Assembly (NCBI GenBank): GCA_002269645.1
Contig: NIVC01004465.1
Location: 1 to 44,958, forward strand
DNA length: 44,958 nucleotides
Direction: 5' to 3'
Source: Macrostomum lignano
Lineage: Eukaryota
Notes under the pieces: generated by a model
Seen by the model: only the letters and a program-made list of their open reading frames with translations
Told to the model about the DNA's origin: nothing
Database searches by the model: none
Translations under genes and position numbers: made by a program
Shown: in pieces, positions 25,868-34,856 of the stretch
How the letters are laid out: every line of letters begins with the position of its first letter
Position numbering within the stretch: position 1 is the first letter of the stretch

Positions 25868-26114
25868 GGCTTTTTACGACGGCGGTTCTGGAACCAGAAT
25901 CGGTTCTGATTTGCTCAGTAAAACTTTTTTCTGCCGTTAAGAAATAAAGGTGCGGAAAGTTAATGAAAAAAAACGTTTTTGACAATTATCAAAAGGACTA
26001 CTATAAATCCCCCGATAGTTGTCTCGCTTGCAGTCATGTGTTCCTGGATAGAAGCATAGTTATAGTGCTCATTTCGAGTAAATTCTGGTTCCAGAACCAC
26101 CTTCGTGAAAAGCC
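25868..26114. mobile_element. 247-bp MITE
   Basis: 33-bp TIRs (30/33 identical) GGCTTTTTACGACGGCGGTTCTGGAACCAGAAT, flanked by TA on both sides (TTA...TAA). Confidence 0.75.
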
Positions 26115-26166
26115 TAAGTGACGAGCGACAGTGAGAAAGTAGTAAACTGTCATAAAGTCTAGGAGA

Positions 26167-29100
26167 TCACTGGGTGCTATTAGTGTTCTGGCTTCTGTCT
26201 TCGCTCTTCCGCTTGCGATAGTTCGTCTCAGGCCCAATGCGGTTCAACGAGTCCTTCACGGCGTGCCAACTTGTCATCATATGCTCTCGTGGGATTCGGA
26301 AGACTTTGTTGAGAACACCTGTTATGAAAGAAGCGGAGAGACAATCACTGAATATAGTATTTGTGGAATCACAGTACAGTGGCGAAAAAATTACTTTTAC
26401 GCAAATGCGAGTACATACACAAAAAGCACAAGTACTTTGGGGATTTGGGGTAGAATCGAATACTTTTGTCTATGAATAATATGCAGTAAGAGACTAAGAA
26501 CAAGAGGAGAAAGATGCGTGGGGAATGATATTCCAACGGCATTTATTGGATTTTATTTAACAGAGAATTCTATTCCCCCACAATAAGGTATAATTCATAA
26601 TTCCATTGAAGACATGAGTAAAGTAAAGTCTTACGTTGCAGCTCGGTGATGACTTCAGTCGATGCCATTGGTCTCTGGGACGGCCCGGCGAACTCTCCAA
26701 ATACATGAGCTTGCACATATTCGTGTCCGTATTTTGCCAAAGCAAATGCTCGGATGTACTTCGACGTGGTTGAACGAGGAAAGTCCATGAGAGTATAGGA
26801 TTTGCCATTGATTCCAACGAAATCCTGTTTAGATATTGGAGCAAATTTTGCAAGCAAATATTTTAGAATAAATATTTATACTACATTCAATAAACTACAC
26901 CTTGCCCTATGTATGCTGCTATGCGCCTTTCCCTTTTCACTAAATCTTTGAATATATCTTACAATAAAAACGAATGCGAGAAATAAACTCGAAATTTCAA
27001 CAAATGGTCCTTAAATAGAAAAATACTAAACGATTTTAATGTACCATTTTGTCCATGATGTCCATAAAAAATATTTTTTTATGGTTGTCAAATAATTTAA
27101 TACCCTACCTCATTGACAAAATCAGTAGCAGTAGGGGTGCGTTCGAGTGACTTAAAATGACTTAAACTGCCATTTTAACGTCCTTAGTAAAACAAATGTT
27201 AAGCAGACTAAATGTAAAAATAATCTAGGTAAATGATAGTCAAATAACAATTAAGAATTAATTCAATTTCTAAAACCGGTCTAAGATTAAAAAACGTCAC
27301 CTATACTTCTTCCAACTCAACCTGAACGCCTAGGCACCGTTTTAACTTCGCTCGCAATTACCACATTTAATCGTAATTGAATATTTTGTATTCTTCACCT
27401 TTGTTCTATCATTTGCTTTCACGTCTTTTTGCTCACTTCGCTGCCCGTCAAAATAGTCTTTGAATAATTGCTTAGTAAACTATAACATGAAGTTCACTCA
27501 GATACTATATTGAAGAATAAGAACCAAGCTGAAAAAGTACAAAACTCCAATAGAAAAATAATAACAGTAGCAACAATAATAGTGACTATATTCCAAGTCC
27601 AAATAAACTACTATGTAATAAAAATTAATAAATAAACAATATTAGTACTAAGCAATTATTCAAAGACTATAATGACGGGCAGCGAACTGAGCAAAAGGAC
27701 GTGAAAGCAAATGATAGAACAAAGGTGAAGAATACAAAATATTCAATTACGATTAAATGTGGTAATTGCGAGCGAAGTTAAAACGGTGCCTAGGCGTTCA
27801 GGTTGAGTTGGAAGAAGTATAGGTGACGTTTTTTAATCTTAGACCGGTTTTAGAAATTGAATTAATTCTTAATTGTAATTTGACTATCATTTACCTAGAT
27901 TATTTTTACATTTAGTCTGCTTAACATTTGTTTTACTAAGGACGTTAAAATGGCAGTTTAAGTCATTTTAAGTCACTCGAACGCACCCTAGGTGCATGCA
28001 GCCGATCAGCAGAAGGCACGGTCTTTTTAAGCTTGTGTGCAATGAAGCGCTTCAGACTGTCTGAAAAATTTTTTTATTAAAATTGATGCATTGGGTTCTA
28101 ATTTTTTTGCAACTAGGCCATTATTGTACAAGTTATCAATGCTACTATATATATTTTCAACAAAGTCCTTTGACTTTATATAATTCAAGGTAAATCTATT
28201 AAATTTTAATAAAAACAAAATTAGCACAAACTTACCCATTCCTTGGTTAAACTCCTCTACAGTTAGCCAGCGACCTTCTCCTGAAGAAGTTCCAACAGTC
28301 TCTCCTACAGCATGTTGAAGAAGCTCTGATGGTAGGGCTCGCCGCATTTCTGAAGCAATAGCAGCATGCATTTGCTGCTGCTGCACCTTAGCATGATCTT
28401 GATATTCACTTGGCTTGGCTTCACTTGGTTTGTGCCTAGGGCCTGATTGCCTTGACTTTGGCGACGGCGTAACTGTTGGATTAGAAACTAAGCTGTTAGG
28501 TCTAGAGCTGTCAGCTAGGATTGCAGTACTTGATTGCTCTGTTGCACTTGGCTGCTCTTCAAAAGCAACAAAAGAAGGATCTATGATTGAGTCATCATTA
28601 TCAATGTCAATACTACCTTCATCACTAGAGCTACAGTTGCTATGAGCCTTAGGCTTCAGAAAATTAGTCATATGCTGTAGGACACTATCGGAAAGGTACT
28701 CATTCTCTTTGTTCTCAGAAATAAACTTCTCTAGTTCTTTCTCAATTTTAATAATTTGAGTACTCAAATCAGCAGCAATAAACATTCCATTATAGACTCC
28801 ATCATGGAGGTGAAGAGGATAGTCCTGTCCCTGAAATTAAATGAAAATACAAAACATTAAGCACATGGGAATTAGACTTTCTCTTTTATATAAAACCAAT
28901 TTTACAAAGTATTTTTGCACAGGTCAACTAAGATATAAAACTTTATTAGTATTCAAATAAACAAAGTGAGTTTGTTTCATAGGGAAATTTTGAAAAAAAA
29001 GAAAACAAAATTTGAGCTTTAATGTAGTCTTTAAATTCAAAGGCAAATAATCTCAATATCTCAAAATACTCAAAGGCAAATATTTTTCAAATTAAAAGGT

Positions 29101-30856
29101 TCTATTTTGCTCTATTTAAAAAAACTGTATGATGTAGTTGTTTCATAGGTCCATAGTCAGGATCATGTAGTTTATGCTAGAAATTTTTGGCATAAAATTT
29201 AAAACCAATATGACCTTGGCATCTACAAAAGAAGAGGGGGGTCAGTGGGCCAAATTATGGGGTATGATCGGATAACTCTCTATTGGAATAAAATGAATGC
29301 ATGCTAAATTGTCTAGCAAATTGCCAGCATGATTTAGACTATGGATTGATTATACTGTTGTACTAGTCTTTGATCTATGTTTAATTGCTACCACAAAGCT
29401 ATATCTTTCTTGGCAGCTTGAAACTTGAACTTGACTTACAAGTTACTAATTTTGGCTTGCACCAAACTTAAAAAATATTTGTTTTCACAGTAGAATGAAA
29501 AACAATTTGTATTATTCCAGGCTTAGAGAAATGCAAAAGCATGACTTCTGCTTCTAAAAAATAGGTGCAAATGTGCTTATATTATATTGATACAAATTTA
29601 ATTACACTTTATTTGCACAAAACCAACCTATTATTATGCCTTGTTTAAATTAACCTCAGTAAGAATAACATTTAAATCTTATACATGAATATCAAATATA
29701 TATAATACAAAAGTAATAGTTATAGCCAGTAATAACAAGCTAGAGTGCTAGACTAGGTCAAAATGTGTTTGACCTAGGTCAACTAGGTCAAATCAAAGAC
29801 TAGGTTATTATTTAGCTCTGAAAATACAATATCATAAAATAGCTAGGCCCTGCATGGCTTAGTAGACCAAAGCCTAGCCTAGGTTAAAGCTAGACTAGCT
29901 AGTACTAGGCATGTATACTCCACAAAGGCAATATTTAGTTAATAGGGCCTAGGCCTTGACTTAGATAGGTCTAGACCCTAGAGAATTATTGGGCCTACTT
30001 TTAACTTGAAGTTAAAAGTTTAAGTTTTAAAAGGTTATATCTTTTATTAGCCAATCCTACACTTATTAGCTAGGCCTAGGCCTAAACATACCATTTGTGA
30101 GCCAGCCTTAGACCTATGCCTATGGTATAGGTACATGCTAAGCCATAACTAGTATTTCCAAAATAAAATCTTCGCTTGACTAGAACATAAGGTGGTATTA
30201 GACTAGACTAGGTCTATTATTTAGATGTACTGGTACCCTATTGCAGCCAAGGTCTGAACCGCGCCGGACGCCCCCCTTTCCCGCGCCAGACATCTACCCG
30301 TACTGCGCCAGGGCCAGTCCCCAGGATCAGTGATTTGGTTCAATTAGTCAGTCAATGGCTCGCCGCGCGCTGCGCGCCGCCGCCACACACCACGCCACCG
30401 CGCGCCGCCGCCACGCGCCGCGCCGCCGCCGCGCGCCGCGCCGCCACCAGTCCAATCCGCGCCGGACGCCGTCCACGAAAATGGCCATTGGCTGCAATAG
30501 GGTACTGGTACAATGGGCCAAGGCATTTACATCAGTATCAATTCATAAGTCTAAAGCAAAATATATAATGACAAGATAATGATGAATGAATGAGATCAGC
30601 CTTAGTGTAGGGCTTAGCAATGCATTTTTAATTGTAGCAAAGAAATATTAGGGGCCTAGCACTATGAAAATATACTTACAAAGCAAAACTTTGTCGTCAT
30701 AGCAATGTTGCTCAGTGCAGCACTACTGCGCGAAAAATTGTAGTAGGTCCTTGACTTCCTAATGAAGAACAGCAAATACTTGCCATTGTAAGGTTGTAAA
30801 CACATTTTATTTGGCGGAGGTTTGGAAACTCGCCCATACCGAGTTTGAAGCGACAT
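26167..30856 (-). CDS. Transposon-borne BEN-domain-like protein, about 402 aa, currently interrupted by a MITE in exon 3; exons 30856-30680, 28830-28236, 28060-27992+27134-27109, 26824-26635, 26318-26167
   Basis: 177+595+95+190+152 = 1209 nt with GT-AG junctions and phases 0, 1, 0, 1, and no internal stop once the MITE and one TSD are removed. The C-terminus TSKYIRAFALAKYGHEYVQAHVFGEFAGPSQRPMASTEVITELQRVLNKVF...SWHAVKDSLNRIGPETNYRKRK follows the BEN spacing as I recall it (SK..R.L....F..E.l...s..G......P.Ld...l..I...v...f...W......n......R.K). The linker is acidic and S/P/Q-rich. Confidence 0.72.
27135..27988. mobile_element. 854-bp long-TIR MITE (PIF/Harbinger-like), inserted in BEN exon 3
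   Basis: Near-perfect 343-bp TIRs (27135-27477 and 27646-27988) starting GGGTGCGTTCGAGTG, a 168-bp AT-rich spacer, and a 3-bp duplication TAG (27132-27134, 27989-27991). Confidence 0.9.
30236..30502. mobile_element. 267-bp GC-rich MITE with an 8-bp TSD, superfamily unresolved
   Basis: Perfect 15-bp TIR CCCTATTGCAGCCAA; TSD TACTGGTA at 30228-30235 and 30503-30510. It lies in BEN intron 1. Confidence 0.88.
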
Positions 30857-31864
30857 TTTAAATTTCTCCAATTTTGTAATCGTAGTATTAGTTGTAGTAT
30901 TAATTGTAGGTATAAAATACAGTTCCAAAAAGAATATTATTTATAACACAAAAGTTCTAAGCACTATTTAATTTCAGAAAGCCTGTAGACATAAAATTAA
31001 TTTGGAAAAGTAACAATTTGTTCGTTGACATTCAGATTGGTCAGTGCATAAAAAACCATTTTAAACAAATGGTTTTGCAAAACTGCTTTCACAATTCGAA
31101 TAGGTGCTTTTTTACTTATTTATGTAATTTATGTAAAGTTTTTTACTGTAGGTTGTAGTGTACTTATATAGTAGTTTAAGAGGAATGTCTCTTTGAATAT
31201 GTTTTAACTTTGCTAGCATGCGCGCAAATCTGTACTTACAGTAGAAAGTATAAAATATACATAATGTTGTGATGTCGACAGCTCTATTAATTATGTTTAT
31301 AGTTTCAATATGCTCGTATTTAACTGACCAACTCAATTCTTAACTAAATCAACCCAGGTTTAGTTTCGAAACACAATATTTACACTAATTAATGCGAAAA
31401 ACTAAATTCATATATTTATTCCAGCTTTAACGAGCTAGGACAACTAATCAATAATAATGCATTTTTTATTTCAAAAGAAGCGTGGGATAAAAAGGCATGG
31501 ATTCGCTTTAATTGATCAGATCTGTGCAAAAAGATCCCTTTATTTCTTATTTTGCAATAAATAAACATTCCAAAGTGGATTCACGCTTTTGTTACTGCCA
31601 CTAAAATCCCATTATAATGGTGTACGGATAAAAATGCATTTTTAATTTAAAATTCAAAATAATGCACTATAAATGCATTGTCTTATAACTATTTTACAAA
31701 AATGCATTTTTTTCGCATTATAGGCGACAAGGGTAATTTCACGGGGCATCATTTCTATTTAAAAATATTTTCTTACTTAGTTGATCCTGACCTATTGTGA
31801 CATTATTTGATAAAATTTTTCACAAATTTCTGCGGCACTGTCATCAGTCCTTCTAAAAGCAGCA

Positions 31865-34856
31865 ATGACTAGCAGCAGCAATTGCGGCGCCCAGAAGCAG
31901 CATGGATCAGGCGGCGGCAAATCTGCCGAACTATCAAAGCTGCCAAAGCCGCCGAAACCGCCAGAGAAGCCTCTAGTACCCTACCTGCGCTATAGCCGCA
32001 AAGTTTGGGAATCTGTCAAAGTTGACAATCCCAATTTGAAGCTGTGGGAAGTTGGCCGAATTATTGGCAAAATGTGGCGCGAACTGGGCGACTCGGAAAA
32101 GCAACAGTTTACCGAAGACTACGAAGCTGATAAATTGCAATACGCCGACGCGCTGAAGCAATATCACAATTCTCCTCAGTACAAGGCTTGGCTAGCTTTG
32201 AAAGAACGATTAGAACAGGAAAATAGTCGCCAGTCGCCTATGACTAGCGATGCCATTGTGAATGGTGACTCAACTGGTCCAGATTCTATTCTGCGGCAGC
32301 ATCCACTGCCTGTTCAGCAGCTTCATCACCAGGCCCAGCTTCCGCCGCATTTGCAGCCTCATCAGGGCAGGTGAGTGGTCTATCTCTAGTTTATTCACCT
32401 TAACTGCTAGTAATAAACCTGTAATTGGATTCTGAGCCATCAAAATATAATGTAATTCCCCATATCCTAATGATTTTCTAACCAGCAGAATCCCAATAAT
32501 TCCCCGACCCCATCCAGCAGAATCCAAATAATTACCCAACCCCATCCAGCAGAATCCCAAAAACTTCCCATCCAGCACAATCCCAATAATTCCTCATCAA
32601 GCAGAATCCCAATAATTCCCCATCCAGCAGTATCACAATAATTCCCCAACCCCATCCAGCAGAATCCCAAAAACTTCCCATCCAGCACAATCCCAATAAT
32701 TCCTCATCAAGCAGAATCCCAATAATTCCCCATCCAGCAGTATCACAATAATTCCCCAACCCCATCCAGCAGAATCCCAAAAACTTCCCATCCAGCACAA
32801 TCCCAATAATTCCTCATCAAGCAGAATCCCAATAATTCCCCAACCAGTAGAATCCCAGTAATTCTCCACCCAATTATACATTAAAATCCCAATCTGCAAT
32901 GTCAATTTGAGACTCGAAATGCCATCTACACCCCTTGCAGGCAGCCGCATCATCAGCAGCAGCATCACAGCCGGCATCATCACCACCACAGCGCCAGTAA
33001 GGAGGCCTACATCCAGGAGGATCTAGACGACATCCCCGATCCCTATTATCAGCAGCATCATCTCCCCGGCTCAGCTGCCGGCCCTCTCGATGACATGAGC
33101 GTGCCCACCGCTAAACACGTGGCCGCAGCTCGTTATCAGCGCAATCAACGATTAATGATGTGCGTGCTGACGGACTGCGAGCGATCGGTTCTAGAGGTAA
33201 TTCTGACTGAACATTTTTTAAGCTTTATTTCTGCGGCTTTGTGCTGGAGCTGTCTTGAGTGATGAGTTGGTACAATTTACGTGGGGATTGGGTGCATTGG
33301 TAGGGTTTTCGTGGGGATTGGGTGAATTGGTAGGGTTTTCGTGGGGATTGGGTGAGTTGGTAGGGTTTTCGTGGGGATTGGGTGAATTGGTAGGGTTTTC
33401 GTGGGGATTGGGTGAGTTGGTAGGGTTTTCGTGGGGATTGGGTGAGTTGGTAGGGTTTTCGTGGGGATTGGGTGAGTTGGTAGGGTTTTCATGGGGATTG
33501 GGTGAATTGGTAGGGTTTTCGTGGGGATTGGGTGAGTTGGTAGGGTTTTCGTGGGGATTAAGTGAATTGGTAGGGTTTTCGTGGGGATTGGGTGAGTTGG
33601 TAGGGTTTTCGTGGGGATTGGGTGAATTGGTAGGGTTTTCGTGGGGATTGGGTGAGTTGGTAGGGTTTTCGTGGGGATTGGGTGAGTTGGTAGGGTTTTC
33701 GTGGGGATTGGGTGAATTGGTAGGGTTTTCGTGGGGATTGGGTGAGTTGGTAGGGTTTTCGTGGGATTGGGTGAGTTGGTAGGGTTTTCGTGGGGATTGG
33801 GTGAGTTGGTAGGGTTTTCGTGGGATTGGGTGAGTTGGTAGGGTTTTCGTGGGGATTGGGTGAATTGGTAGGGTTTTCGTGGGGATTGGGTGAATTGGTA
33901 GGGTTTTCGTGGGGATTGGGTGAGTTGGTAGGGTTTTCGTGGGGATTGGGTGAGTTGGTAGGGTTTTCGTGGGGATTGGGTGAGTTGGTAGGGTTTTCGT
34001 GGGGATTGGGTGAGTTGGTAGGGTTTTCGTGGGGATTGGGTGAGTTGGTAGGGTTTTCGTGGGGATTGGGTGAGTTGGTAGGGTTTTCGTGGGATTGGGT
34101 GAGTTGGTAGGGTTTTCGTGGGGATTGGGTGAATTGGTAGGGTTTTCGTGGGATTGGGTGAGTTGGTAGGGTTTTCGTGGGGATTGGGTGAGTTGGTAGG
34201 GTTTTCGTGGGGATTGGGTGAGTTGGTAGGGTTTTCGTGGGGATTGGGTGAATTGGTAGGGTTTTTGGGAGCGTTTAAATTGGTACGGTTTTGGTTGGGG
34301 GGGGGTTAAATTGGTACGGTTTAGGGGCTTGGATTTGTACGGTCTTGTTTTTTGTTAGAAAAGGTTCGTTTTTTGGGATTTGGACGAGTGTACACTTGTA
34401 ATTTCGGGATTTAAGTTTTGACTATTTTCATTGAGGTTTTCGCGAGTTCGGTTTTTTAGGGGTTCAGAGGCTTGGCTAAGAGGTTGGAATTTTCTAGTTC
34501 CGTTTTTAGAGTTTTGAATTTCCGCGGATATTTTTTACGCCAATTAATTAGTTTGTTTTTATTGGCATTTCTTTCACCAACAGCAGAACCAGAAGCAATC
34601 AACAGCAGCATCAGCAGCTGATGATGATGAAGAGAACAAAAAGTTGCGCATATTATCGCGCCAAGCCAATGCGCTGCGCCGGCACTGCGACAGTCTGGCT
34701 AGCGAACTGTTAGCGCTGGAGGCCAACCAGGCCAATAAGCGGGCTCGCTTTGCCGCCTCTGCTACTGCCGGCGATGCCAATTGGTTGGCTATGGGCGAGC
34801 GTAGGCCTCGTATCGATTTTGCTAGCCTAGTTGAAACTGTTTGCGCCGATGCTTAA
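31865..34856 (+). CDS. SMARCE1: SMARCE1/BAF57 (BAP111) HMG-box SWI/SNF subunit; join(31865..32370,32941..33196,34584..34856), about 344 aa
   Basis: [25 protein letters not shown]...[19 protein letters not shown]...YHNSPQY matches the SMARCE1 HMG box. Exon 2 has the [15 protein letters not shown] (NHRLI-like) motif. Exon 3 has the coiled coil [33 protein letters not shown]. Phases are 2 and 0, with a tandem acceptor CAG|CAG at 34581-34586. Confidence 0.93.
32480..32860. repeat. 110-bp higher-order repeat of four 25-32-bp CCCATCCAGCAGAATCCC-type monomers
   Basis: Blocks recur at 110-bp spacing (e.g. 32651 and 32761) in SMARCE1 intron 1. Confidence 0.88.
33270..34265. repeat. 30-bp G-rich minisatellite (GTGGGGATTGGGTGAGTTGGTAGGGTTTTC)n, about 33 copies
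   Basis: Highly homogeneous array in SMARCE1 intron 2. Confidence 0.97.

Larger units (their letters stand above)
24497..31733 (-). mobile_element. CMC/EnSpm (CACTA-like) DNA transposon, 7237 bp, non-autonomous
   Basis: 36-bp TIRs with 4 mismatches: CCCTTGTCGCCCATAATGCAAAAATAACGCATTTTT versus the reverse complement of the right end, CCCTTGTCGCCTATAATGCGAAAAAAATGCATTTTT. TA on both sides (24495-24496, 31734-31735). Subterminal ATGGGATTATAAT / CCCATTATAAT repeats. 5'-CMC termini and a 2-bp TSD fit the CMC superfamily. Confidence 0.82.

Noticed and set aside
25870-25900. Minus-strand FWFQNRRRKK, resembling homeodomain helix 3
   Set aside because: It lies within the TIR of the 247-bp MITE (the other arm reads FWFQNHLREK), has no upstream helices 1-2 and has nearby stops. 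Coincidence.
28027-28235. C-terminal part of ORF 28027-28785 as coding
   Set aside because: It reads through a consensus donor (G|GTAAGT at 28236) into an AT-rich intron, so it is treated as intron plus the out-of-frame start of exon 3.
32270-34110. GFCWMG and [10 protein letters not shown] repeat ORFs
   Set aside because: They come from the SMARCE1 intronic arrays.
958-34265. Regular 25-35-bp repeats as CRISPR arrays
   Set aside because: They are head-to-tail with no unique spacers or cas genes, and the context is eukaryotic introns.
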